A stretch of DNA of 64,000 bases from the NCBI GenBank assembly GCA_977030845.1, contig OZ365112.1, forward strand, positions 2,914,001-2,978,000, in the 5' to 3' direction. The translations under genes were made by a program, and so were the position numbers. Positions 1 to 11,990 of this stretch are shown piece after piece; position 1 is the stretch's first letter; every line of letters starts with the position of its first letter. Source of the DNA: Fimbriosthenelais zetlandica (taxonomy: Eukaryota). The notes under the pieces are model-generated. The model did no database searches and had not been told where the DNA came from. It saw nothing but the letters and a program-made list of their open reading frames with translations.

Positions 1-62
1 TAACCATAGGCTGAAGAATTGTTTTGAAACAAACCCATAAGCATTCATAATCATTTCACACA

Positions 63-147
63 GGGCCTGTTTCATAACCATTGGCTGAAGCATGCATGAT
101 GGTTATGAAACTAACCCATAGGCTAAAGCATTGTTATGAAACAGACA
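63..147. mobile_element. Short hairpin MITE-like unit(s) (GGGCCTGTTTCATAAC...GTTATGAAAC), tandem remnants
   Basis: Inverted ends gggcctgtttcataacca / tggttatgaaactaaccc (63-117), with partial copies on both sides. The same unit recurs at 31395-31444 and 36677-36726. Confidence 0.6.
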
Positions 148-194
148 CTCATCTGATCATATCGTGTCCACGATGCTTCTCTTTCAATGGGATG

Positions 195-305
195 AGGGCA
201 ATGACTCGGGCAGTAAAGTGTTCAACTTGAATGTGGGAGGTCCCTAGTTTAGTATTCCCAAATGTGCCATTGTCCTTCTCCACACAGTGCTGCTAACTGG
301 GCTAT
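195..305 (+). mobile_element. Degenerate tRNA-derived SINE remnant
   Basis: Decayed tRNA-like head (gtaaagtgttcaact...ggaggtccctagttt...ttccc) followed by cagtgctgctaactgg, a motif also seen at ~2687-2705. Confidence 0.35.
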
Positions 306-800
306 CAAAGGCGAGAAGTCTGGCATTAGAAGTTTGTAATAGATCCATTGTTTCTCTGCTGGCAGTGTGTCTTTCTTTAGCTGATATAGTTTATTTATAG
401 CCATCCGTACATTGCTCTTCCATATTTGGGAAGGTTTTCAGCCATACAATTGTGAATAATAGTCCAGTAATTAAGTCCTGCAATAACAATAGCAGAAAGA
501 ACCCTAATATAATGTTGATTGCACGGATCAAGCACCCAGAGATCATGATGAAAACTTACTGCAAATTTAAAGGTCCTTACACTCAGAAATACCTGTTGAT
601 GTTTGACTCAAATCGGATCCTGTGTGAACGAGCCTTTAAGGAGGCTGATCGGGACTGGTAAACGCCCCCGCCCCCCTCCAATCTCCTTCCCACACTTTGT
701 CACATCACATTTATTCTCCAACCCAAAATAGAACACCGTAACCATGGTAATGCCGCCATTATGTCCACCACCTTGTACCACCTTTATATATAGCTTCACA

Positions 801-814
801 GTTCCCATGGTAAC
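801..814. promoter_or_regulatory. RFX X-box motif
   Basis: GTTCCCATGGTAAC matches the palindromic X-box consensus GTNRCC/YY-AT-GGNAAC. Confidence 0.45.
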
Positions 815-3114
815 GTTACCACGTGTTACCAGGGAGGGGGGGGGGGGGTCAGGGGGACTTGACCTTGTCGCATTAACGTAAGAGCCAAAAGGGCAAGTAA
901 AAAGACAGGAGGATACTTTAGTGGCAGGAGGACCCAGCTGGGACGTACGCTAATTTGCTTGACCCATGTCCAAACTAGAAAACAGATGGCTTTTGGCAGG
1001 AACTCTTTTCAAGAAAAAAGAGCTTCTTGAGGTTGTGGATAAGGGTTGGGAGTAATTATTTCACGTTCCTCTCCTCGTTCGTTTCTGTCTCTCGTCTCGG
1101 GCACTCGGGTTCGGGTATTGCCACTTTGTCACCTCACATGTCGTTAACCAAGAGTAGAAGACGAGAAGTGCTATGATTATGGCCTGTAACTTCTGAGAAG
1201 GATTTATGTCCGACACTTTTATCTCATTTTCCTTTCCCTCCCAGTCCTACTTTAGGTAGATGATTTTTTGAAGCAAGCACTTAATGATTTTTATTATTCC
1301 CTCAAGGAGTTGCACTCAGAGATGGGGTTCTGAGATCATGATTTGATTATTTCAAACACGGTTGAAATGGTTCAATTTTTTCCTCGCTGTTGACAAATTA
1401 TTTCAGGACTAATGGGTTCTGATAGGGCCCTTCTGGTGCGGCAAGCATTAAAGAAACCATCGATTCTTTTCCCCGCGTAATTCCTTTGTTCTCCAAGTGC
1501 ATTTTTAAAACAGTTTCAGCATTGCACGAAATGATTCAACATCATGTTTTCACCTAAATCAGATATATTCAGTTCAGCTCTGTGCTAGGATAGATCTAAA
1601 CATGCAATCTTATCCCGATGCCTTTATTCTTGCCAATCTTGTGTTTCCTAAACAAATGTGTGAGATGAATAGTGACTGGCGGAGGGAGGCCATGGAGTGC
1701 ACTCACCACAAAAGCCTGTGTTTCTTGAGGCTAAATACGCGGCTGTAATTTTGAGGAGTAGGACTTAGAGCGAGTTTTGTCGTGATTGGTAACAAGGCTC
1801 GCCCAGTCTCTCTCACAATAGTGACGAATCCAAAGCTTTCTTCACAAGAGAAGCACACGCAAGTCCTAACGTCGTCAGCCGTAGAATTTCCTTTGGCTTT
1901 TCTCTTTGGTTCTGTCTCAATGGAGGAACCAGCTGCCTTTGACTCCCTATATACCTCGCAGAAGTTTCCACTGGTTGCAAATGTCCATCCTCTCTGTCAG
2001 CCTTCTCTTAGTTTCTCTGGATCTGAGCAGAAGTTATAAGAAAGAATACAACATTCCATACCGAGACAAGCAATTATTTCAATGAATATAAACAAAATTG
2101 GACCTATTTCATTTTGACGGATGGATATGAATTTGGCCTGGCAAGCAATCTCTAGACGATTGAACATATCTAAATGGTATATATCCTCCTTCTTCATAAC
2201 AAATATTCTTTTTGGTCAAAAATCTGTCAAGGCCAAAGAGAAATCTCCATCTAAATTAGAGTCACTTCCCTACCAAATTTTGACATACTAGCAACCAATC
2301 CACAAGACTTAAAAACTTTCAACTTTAGAAAAAAAGGCAAACAAGCTGTGGTTTAGATAGATGGGTGGAAAGGTTTTGGTCCCAATAAAATAAAATAGAT
2401 TTTGACTGGTGGCGGTAAAGTTATAGCTGCCAAGTTAGTGAAGCTGGGGCGCGGATGATGGATGGCACATCCGCCATGTTTTCCCTCAGTGGCGAACTTA
2501 CCCTTGGAGAATCTAGGCTGGCTACATGGAAAATGTGCCTATAGCCGCCTATCCCAGCACTGTACCTGGAATATTAGCCTATAAGTTGCCTATCCCAGTA
2601 CTGTACCTCATTATGTGGGTAAACAGGCACAATGACCACTGTCCAAATTATCCGAGCATTCTCCAAATTTTCCAATTTTCCTGTGTCCCAGTGCTGCTAA
2701 CTGAGTTATAAGGCTGGCCATGGGTCCCTCTGTCTGTGGTAAGAGCCTTGTAAAATGCCAGCCAAGTCTCCCAAAGGCAATCAACAGAACCATGCAATAC
2801 TGTCCATTGAACTGAACGGGTCATTGTGTGTCAACAACTTGATATAATGTGAATATCAAACATCCATCTTTTAACAAGAATATCTATATTAGGCTATTTA
2901 TAGGTAGAATTCACACATCTAATTATTCATCAATATTTAAGGGAATATCACGGACCTATTTTTGGTGATTGGTCTCGTCTTGAGTAAGCCACTCAGTGAA
3001 TCAGTACAGGTAGAACATTAATTAGTATTGGCAATTGGTTTTACAGGGAGTTAGTTGTAATAATTAGCTGTCATGTTGGGTGATGGAGGAGGGGATTTGG
3101 AGTTTCTCTGACCG

Positions 3115-3132
3115 TCTCTCCTCTCTCCCTCC

Positions 3133-3178
<46 letters not shown>

Positions 3179-3203
3179 CTCTCCTCTCTCTCTCTCTCTC
3201 CTC
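3115..3203. repeat. (CT)n/(GA)n microsatellite
   Basis: Interrupted CT dinucleotide run; explains the RE-rich ORFs at 3051-3279. Confidence 0.95.
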
Positions 3204-3770
3204 TCCCGGGTGCTTGGTCTCCAGGTCTCCAGTGATCCCCCCGTTCACCGTGTCTGATTAATTGGTCTGCCTCTGTCATGCTTTACTGCCCATAAGAGTT
3301 ACTTAACACTATCAAATCCACTAAATATGATTTTCTGATACTTTCCAAAACACTTTTCTACCAATTAAACATCAATTACCAGCGTTTGTAAGATAAAAAG
3401 TTCAATAAATGAACCGTCATTTATTTTGGGGTGGACAAAACATCAGTTATAAATTCCAAATATATTTTACTTCAACCAACGCACTACTGCAATAGCTCAT
3501 TTAGTTTATTTTGCAAATACTGAAACTTTGAACTTGGCAGAATTAATATTGAAATTTTTGCAATCTATGTACTGAAGGTAATTGGTGTTATTCTTTGTTA
3601 TTTGCCAAAATATTATTGCATCCGGGAAAACTTTTTCAAGACAACAACAAAATATATAGCAATTTAATTTCTATATAAAGATGTATTCTTCCGGGAGGGG
3701 AAACAAAGTTAAAAAGTTAACATTTTTGAAAGTTGGACTAATTTGAAAGTTGGCGTAAAGTGGTGGTTTT

Positions 3771-3843
3771 TCTCTGGGTGGAGTATTTTGAGTACATTAT
3801 TGGAGGCTGATTCTGGGTGGAGTATTTTGAGTACATTATTGGA
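3771..3843. repeat. Short tandem duplication (~41-bp unit x2)
   Basis: tctgggtggagtattttgagtacattattgga occurs twice in tandem. Confidence 0.85.
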
Positions 3844-5284
3844 ATGCTGATTGCTCTGATGGATCAACACTGATTGATGATGTATGAAGGTTTTGATGAA
3901 GTGTCAAGTTTTTCTGTCATTTTATGATTGATCTATCAACAAACCAGCCTCACGGATGACCAGATTCATCCACCAACGACAAAACACACTCATGCAAATG
4001 GCGGCCGCTATGCGCAGCCCGCATATTTCACAAATCCACCATTGGATTATTCACAAAACTCCCAAAGACCATCCACAAGGGAAAATAAGGCCTCCAGACA
4101 TCGCCTTTATTCTACTAATTTCTCTCCTCCCACTCAGGGCGAATCTCTATGTGTATTTTAAAATGGAAATTGGCAAGTTGAAATCCACAATGACTCAGCA
4201 AATTTCAAAAACCATAAAATGACGCTTTGTTGTGTGATAATGCACTGGCTGCCGTTGATTGGTGGAGGGATGGGAACAGTTCTGAACGGTACTTGTTTAT
4301 AGCCTCGCTTTCAATAAGTCTCATTCCCTTAAAGATGGCGTCCCCACGTGATCACTTCATTATGACGTCACAGCCTCACTGTCACAGCCACATTTGGTCC
4401 TGTCACAAAGCATTGTGGGAAGAGAGAGGGCTAAGTCATGTGATGGGAGCTGTCACGGGGAATATTCACCCCAAAGATATTGTGTGGAGAGCGTGGCGGG
4501 GTGCTGGGGAGGTAATGGGGAGCTCTTATATATTTTCGGGGACCACTAACAACTGTGCCTCCGATAATAGCGGTACTTTCCAAAATAGAAGTGTCAGGCT
4601 TGGCTTTAGTAGGGATAAATCATCTAGCAGAAATATCAATTGGCATCCCAAGGAATAGGATAATTCAGCGGGACATATCTGGAATAAATACCACCATGAC
4701 TGCAAACAAGCCAGGGAAACAGCAAGAAATGCTATGATAATGATCTTGTTTTTGATATTTAGGGGCCCTGGATGTGTCTTGGAACCAACCAAGTAAAATG
4801 ACTGTCTACTGGATGAAAATATTTCCGTGGGTCATTGACCTAGAAGTCAACTTTAACTCTCAGGAAATTGTGTCTGAAATTGGTATTGTGAGAGTTACCG
4901 ACCTGTAGGCTGTGTCACAGCTGGCAGGGGAAGCTTGGCTCGTCTGACAATACCAAGTGTTCACCCATCAGTATAGCTAGCGTATGCAATTTAGTCCTAT
5001 TTTGCTTTTAACTTTTAAACTCTTTTAGGAAGTTCCATTTCCAAGAATCTGTAGGAAAATATTGTGGCTGACATTCATTGAGATAAAATGTTAGTTGGAT
5101 CCAGGAATCATATAAATCCTAGAATTGTGTAAAGTGGGTTCTTGTTTTGTCCATCTGCATAAAACGACAATCTCAGTATTCAATCACTAAATGGTCTGAA
5201 CTAAATGCCTCATTCAACTCTTCTAAGGTATACTCGCTAAACTGACCATTATATAAGGGCCACCTTTAGATCAAACCAAGGGGT

Positions 5285-5504
5285 GGTCGTATTCGACAGA
5301 TTCCAGTTTTTGAGCCAATTTAGAATAAAGAAATTCAGACTAATTGATCAATTTGGGAAGCCAGACTTCTTATAGTACATCTCCTGTAGGTAGAGTTGAT
5401 GACGGTCGCATTAGAGATTTCACTTTTTGAGCTAATTTAGGATAAAGAAATTTAGACTAATTGATCAATTTGGGAAGCCAGACTACTTATTACTCCTGTA
5501 GGTA
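5285..5504. repeat. Tandem duplication (~118-bp unit x2)
   Basis: tttttgag..aatttag.ataaagaaatt.agactaattgatcaatttgggaagccagact...ctcctgtaggtag occurs twice. Confidence 0.85.
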
Positions 5505-6231
5505 GCGATAATGATAGTTACGATTGATAACGATCATCGCATGTGTGCCCATCCACTCACGTTGTCAATGACTCCATACATTCTTCATGGCGATCGGCTT
5601 TCACTCATTGCCCAACTCCACTTTTAAACCATTTTCTCTGTTTTTTCTCACTGGTCCATCAATGCTGTAAAGTTTTGATAATTGAAAGAGCGCTTTGCCA
5701 TTAATTATCGCCTCTCCTTTGTTCCCTTCTGACGGATGTTTTTTTTCACCTCCGGTGCATCAGCCTCTCCTGCCTTTTTTAAACCTTTCAAAATGGTGTA
5801 GATTGGAAATTGAAGCACTGGCTGTGTAGTCATCGCCACATGGAGGTAAAAATAGCCCTGCCATTTGTACGGGCCAGGTAAAAATTACCTTCCCTCATTG
5901 CACCTATCGATCAATCTTCCTCATGTTTTTGTAGCTTCAAAAACAACCAACTTTCACTGAAGGCCCGAATGAGACTAGATTAATGCTTTACAAAGGCTTC
6001 TATAACATTATATTCTATATATAATATATACATATATGTATATATCTCATGTTGCTTCACATCTTAGCATGAATAATGTAACTGCCTCTATAGGATATAT
6101 CAGAACACTGAGATGACTCAATAGTTTCCTCTATAAATGTTTAAAACAAAAATAATGAAAAACACAAGTCATACATATGGTTCCCCCAAATCCAAGGATG
6201 CTATCTTTAGTCTATAGGGTCTGGAATTGCT

Positions 6232-6780
6232 ATAGTACTCGTTTTCCACTCTAATTGTTAGAGTACTCATTTGCCACTCTAATTGTTTGAGTACTCATTT
6301 GCCTCTTTGGCTACTAGAGTACTCATTTGCCTCTCTCATTGCTAGAGTACTCATTTGCCTCTCTCATTGCTAGAGTACTCATTTGCCTCTTTAGTTACTG
6401 GAGTACTCATTTACCACTCTAATTGCTAGAGTACTCATTTACCACTCTAATTGTCTCTCTCATTACTAGAGTACTCATTTGCCTCTTTAGTTACTGGAGT
6501 ACTCATTTACCACTCTAATTGCTAGAGTACTCATTTGCCTCTCTCATTGCTAGAGTACTCATTTGCCTCTTTAGTTACTGGAGTACTCATTTACCACTCT
6601 AATTGCTAGAGTACTCATTTACCACTCTAATTGCCTCTCTCATTACTAGAGTACTCATTTGCCTCTTTAGTTACTGGAGTACTCATTTACCACTCTAATT
6701 GCTAGAGTACTCATTTACCACTCTAATTGCCTCTCTCATTACTAGAGTACTCATTTGCCTCTTTAGCTGTTGCTAGAGTA
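6232..6780. repeat. Minisatellite, ~28-bp unit (agagtactcatttgcctctctcattgct and variants)
   Basis: About 19 tandem units sharing a GAGTACTC palindromic core; variant units recur in ordered blocks. Confidence 0.95.
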
Positions 6781-6928
6781 TACCCACTTAACTCTATATG
6801 GATATTTGGTGAACCCTCAAATATATCATCCATGTACTGATCTGACTGTACAGAGGTCATCTAAACAGTTTGATTACCAGTAACCATTGCCCGTTCCCTC
6901 CACACATCCCAGCACTGCCCTCTCCATA

Positions 6929-7001
6929 CCCTATACATGTATTAGACATAGCGACCATGCCTCTCTCTACCCTATACATGTATTAGACATAGCGACCATG
7001 C
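6929..7001. repeat. Short tandem duplication
   Basis: ccctatacatgtattagacatagcgaccatgc occurs twice. Confidence 0.85.
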
Positions 7002-7019
7002 TCCCAATCTCAACCTTCC

Positions 7020-7420
7020 CCACTCACCACGGACTCGCTTTTCCGGACTCCTGACATCACCAAGATGGCCGCGCTTACAGTGGCCCCCGGAGACCCTAGC
7101 GGTGGTGAGAGACACTTACAGGTCACGTGCCCCCCTGGGGTTTGTTGGGGGACGATCGGAGGTGGAATCCCCACGGGGAAGTTTCTGTAGAAGCGAAGCG
7201 GCGAGGAGACACGATTAAAGATTTATATTCTGCCGATTTGATCCCGGCTCACGGGCTTGTATGGCTCCCCCGAGGCCGGGCGAGGAGCGATTCATACAGT
7301 CCACAATAAATACTGACTCCAACATGGCGAGAGCGGCATGAAGTTCATAGCCGACTCGTCTTAACTTCAGGTGTTTAGTTTAGTATTAAAGCTAACCCCG
7401 AGTTTGTGATCGAAGCAGAT
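7020..7420. promoter_or_regulatory. CpG-rich promoter / first-exon region
   Basis: GC- and CpG-rich island in an AT-rich background. YY1-type CAAGATGGCCGC at 7061-7072 overlaps an ATG (7065). Donor-like sites occur on both strands (+7105 GTGAGA, +7122 GTCACG, minus-strand GTGAGT at 7027). Confidence 0.5.
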
Positions 7421-7469
7421 CATACAAAAAATCATTACAGATAATTTCTCTATTGATTTGCCATTGACA

Positions 7470-7596
7470 AATCGGCGCCGACCCCAGACTTTGACATCCA
7501 TTGGCCTGATCTGGGCGATCATTTGGTCTCCCGATTGCTTGTGATCGCTTTAGATCGCAAAATCGGGATGAAAATCGGGCCAGTGTATGTCGGGCT
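7470..7596. mobile_element. MITE right-end remnant (Harbinger-like)
   Basis: GC-rich gatcgc/atcggg motifs ending cagtgtatgtcgggct-TAA, abutting a Kolobok-like end at 7600. Confidence 0.3.
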
Positions 7597-8453
7597 TAAA
7601 GCAGCTCTATCACCTCTCAGTGACGAGCATTGAGCTTCCCACTTATAGGCTGATATCCGGATCCAGATGTCAATGTCTGTAATCCAGATTTATGCGGTTT
7701 TACACAGGACTTATTTATTCAGAACAAAAAAGATGTCCGTATGAAAATACAAGTTTGAATATGTATCCATGCAAATAATGATAATGTCTGAAGTGCTGTA
7801 TGCCAGCTTTAAAATATTCTCCTGAAAACCAAGCCGGTCCTTTACTTTGTAATTTATAAAAACCGTATGTGAAATGGATGGATTTTAAATGGATGAACCT
7901 GTTTCTACAAGAGCTAAATGAGAATGAAGCTTTTTATGAAAACAAATTAAAATTTGAAACACCGCAATGAGCCATTGCGCCCACGGCCAGTGAAACTTAA
8001 TATGACTTAATATTTGCTTGGAAAATGGCTTTAAAATGTGATTTTTATCAGCATTGTCCTCAGACTTGTGTAGGAGATCATGTTTCCACCTTCAGGGCCT
8101 TTGTCATTAGTGGTAATTTGTATTCCTCTATCGCCAGTCAATGCAGGCTTTCTGTATGATCTCCAACGATGCAAATGGCTTGATTTCGGTCATAATTTTG
8201 ACATTTTCAAGAACATTTCCTGATATTCATAGCCAAAACTTTTAATGAAGAACTTTAAATTTAATATACATCACATAAAAATCACCGTCGATCTTTTTTG
8301 CTTACCTGATGTTTTGCCTTCATGTTCATAATGTTCTTTGTTTGAAAGAAATAACTAATTAAACCTTTTAAAATATTGATTAAGACTTTTTACCTGATTT
8401 GGCTGTTTTATTTTCAAAGAATTTAACTAATATATTTTCTCTTTCTTTTACAG

Positions 8454-8513
8454 GTATGTATTGCCATTCTTTGCCACTCAATGGTCAGCACTTGTCATTA
8501 CAATCATATCCAT
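8454..8513 (+). other. Candidate 60-nt internal exon of a + strand host gene (begins with a donor-like GTATGT)
   Basis: Branch-point-like CTAAT, polypyrimidine tract and TACAG acceptor; GTAAGT donor at 8514; open in all three frames. Confidence 0.55.
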
Positions 8514-8797
8514 GTAAGTAATCATATGTCCTCCCTGATATCTTCAATCCTACAATTGACAAAAACATTGGATGATTCTAAGAAATCTAAGTAGAAAACC
8601 CTGCAGAGATATTTGAGTTATTCCCAGGTCATTTCCGGGTCCTTTGTAAATAGCACCGACGTAGAAAGTCCTGCCCAGTCCGGTATTTAGCTAATTTCCG
8701 TTGACCATTCTACCATAATGTCCCTGATCAGTCATTCACATGAGCAGAAAGGCAGAGGAAATGCTAAGACAGAGCCCCAGGTGTGGAGGCTAGCTCT

Positions 8798-8811
8798 GTT
8801 GTCATGGTAAC
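8798..8811. promoter_or_regulatory. RFX X-box motif
   Basis: GTTGTCATGGTAAC. Confidence 0.4.
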
Positions 8812-10463
8812 TGTCTTTTGGGGTCTATTTTCGAGGATTGTGAAGCGTAAGGATACATGGACCCACACCTGAGTCCCAAGGCATGTATTCCTACACCCGT
8901 CTGAGGTCAAAGGTCACCCCGTGTCAGCTTCAATCTATCACTACAGACCTACTTTTTCATTCTCATTGTCAAAGGCCAGCTTTTTCTCCTATATTATATA
9001 ATATAGGAGAAAAAGCTTGTGGAACATATGGGCAGAGATATAAAATAGATGACTAATTACAATAAATTCATCTGCATGTTGTACTTTAAAAGCCCCAATT
9101 TTGCGTTGAAATCACAAGGATCAACATAGACTACTCTTCATGCTACAGGATATTATGATCTTGATCTGTGAGACAAACAAGTGAAGTTATAAAAAGACCA
9201 CCCCCCCCCTCCCACCAACTACTATACTGGTGACACATGGTGATGACTCAGTACATTAAAACATGAGGAAGCTATCAAAGCTGTCCCATTATGTCACTCC
9301 TTAATGCACCATATCCACTAAACCGACATTTCAACCGATACCAGGAGAGAAAATTCACCAGAAAGTCTTAAATGGCACTAAATTTGCTATAATTGACCAT
9401 GATCATGCCTCCTGAGCCCATTAACATTGCTCTGTGGAGTTCAGTGCCTCTGGCACTAGTTTTTAGACCCATAAAAAAAAATCCTGCTATCTGGCCCCCT
9501 GGAAGTTGGCAGCCATGGAAGCATGAATCTCAGGCACTGCAACGCGATAGAACCTGTCACATATGCCAAAACTTCCATCTGAAAATACAGCAGTCACTTT
9601 ATAAGTTTGTCGCTTTAGTAGAACCCTATAGCATAAATAGCACCTGCCAGAGCCTTACAAGTGCCACCTCTCGACCTGAATTATACATGAATGATCTCTA
9701 CTCTCCTTTATGTGTCATCTCAAGACCAGACAGTCCCTCCTCAATGCTTAATGAATGGCATCCAAAACCAAGCATAAACTTGGTGCTTATGAATCAGCAG
9801 ACTCACTAACTTCCCCTTCTTCTTCCCACTCCATGTCTCCTTATCTCTTCCTCCATCAGAGGAGCTGTTCAGTAAGAGAGTAATCCATCTTGTGGTTCTT
9901 TTAAAGAAGCAGAATCGATGGTTGATGGATGAATGGGATATGTAAATGTACTGAGTTAAAATTCAGGTTGGGTCGTGTAGAGATAATATATGCTTAATGT
10001 ATGAATGAATCCAATATAATGATGATTGTTATCGTGGCTATTGTTTGTACAAAGTTCTCTAAGTGCCAGCTATTCATCGTGGAAAGTAAATTGCTTCCTG
10101 CGTCAAAACGTAAGCTGCAAATGGCTTTCCTTGTCAAAATTGCAACTACATTCCTTTGTCAAAACATACGTAAGATGCAACTGACTTTCTTTGTGAAAAC
10201 AAAAAAAAGCAAATGTCAATAGAAATATGATATTATTAATGCTATTATCATTGTTGCAGAATTTCACATACTGAATTTCTTTTTCAAGACGAAAACTTGC
10301 AACTATCATTTTCTAATATCAGTAGATATCTAAGTTGCTACTATCATTTTTTGCAAATTTTCACCTCAACATCCCACCCCACATCCGCAGCCCCCACCCA
10401 AGACACATACTTTTATTCCCCAATCCATTCCCTATGTGACAAACAGTAGAATATCACAGTTAA

Positions 10464-10674
10464 AGCCGGGACTCCTCTGCTGCGATTTTGTTTGCGACAC
10501 GTCTGCGACAAAGGTGATGCTTGTGTTTCAATGATAAATTTACCATTGGAGGACGGCCTTAAGGCCTTGGACACTTGACCCACAATTTATAAATTTTATT
10601 CTTACACAACTTCACAAGCATCGCCTTTGTCGCAGTAGTGTCGCAAGCAAAATCGCAGCAGTGGAGTCCCGGCT
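10464..10674. mobile_element. PIF/Harbinger-like MITE
   Basis: Long near-perfect TIRs (AGCCGGGACTCC.CTGCTGCGATTTTG.TTGCGACAC) and TAA target duplication (10461-63, 10675-77). Confidence 0.85.
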
Positions 10675-11689
10675 TAATGCATAATGATCATATATGATCA
10701 CTTACTCAAAAGTGGGCTAACTTGATTTACCACTGAACAAAGATATAAATCAAGATAAGAGCGTGTATAAATCAGAACCTATAGGGGGAGTGTCAGTATG
10801 GTTGATACCAGGAAGGATACGTCCCCTAGCGGGGCTTATTTATATAGAAGCCCAGTCCCAGGAAGCCACCCCATGAACGGAACTCTCAAACTGTCACCTG
10901 GCTTCCTAAAATGGCAGCAATTTGATGGAAAGCTGGAATAGGAAGATTCTAATAGGAAAACATATATCAAAATAAAATAAGCTGCTTCTACTGTGGTCAT
11001 ATTACTGTAGAGCAATATAGTTATCTATATATTAATTGGAAGATATATCATATTTGAATGGATATGAAAATCACTGTCCCTAATTTGAGTGTGAAGGGAG
11101 CTCCTACAATGTTAAATTGTGTCCCAGTCGACTCGCGTTTCCCCATGCAAAGCCAATATTTTTATTGTATAAATACCATAAAAGCTTGATATTCTTGCTA
11201 TATGACAGCTGGCATTTCTTTATTGATTCAATAACTTCCCTTCTCCTAAAAAAAACCTCCTTTGATATATACAAAGCAACAAAGTGGCCAGTATTTCTTT
11301 TCATGGGTTTTTAATGTATCTGGGGGAGATGTGTAAAGTAGCAGCATCTTCCTTGCCATCCATTCAATCTATGATGATCACCTCTGTAGTGTGTCTATTG
11401 CTATATAAAAAGAGCACTCGCCGGTGAGTGCTGAGAGTGGGAATATCGTGAAGGGAAGTGCCTATAGAAAATGTGATGACAGTGTGGGGAGCGGGGTGGC
11501 AATCATCTCAGAGATCAAAGGCAGTGTAAGATTCATTGAGAAACAGAGAAATAACGACCATACAGAAGTCACAGGCTCAGAACTCACCCACGCTCCTGTG
11601 ATGATGGGTTTTCCCACTACGTGACGCTCTGGTGCAGACCAACACCTCAGAGCCGCAGCGTTTGCTAGAAGGAGGACCCAGTTCCTCTC

Positions 11690-11990
11690 CTTCTCTTTCC
11701 TTTTCCCATTCTTTCTCTACTTGTTTCTCTATCTCTCACACCTTGGCATGTCTCTCCCCTCTGTCCCCCTGTCTCTTAATTCTCCATCCCTGTCCGTCTG
11801 ACTCCCTTTTTGAACAAAGTGTGTTCTCTCTCTATCGCTTCCTTGTCTACCTCTACCTCTCTCTCGCTTTGTCTACCTACCTCTGTCTGTCTCCTCTCCT
11901 CCTTCCTCTCTCTCGCACTCTTTCTCTCTCGCTTTGTCTACCTCTACCCATCCCTCTCTCTCTCCCCTCTTCTCTCCACCTCTCTCTATC
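11690..11990. repeat. CT-rich low-complexity tract
   Basis: Degenerate (CT)n; explains the SL-rich ORFs at 11632-12051. Confidence 0.9.

Noticed and set aside
3051-3279. RE-rich ORFs (likewise the SL-rich ORFs at 11632-12051 and 54820-55373)
   Set aside because: CT/GA microsatellite artefacts.
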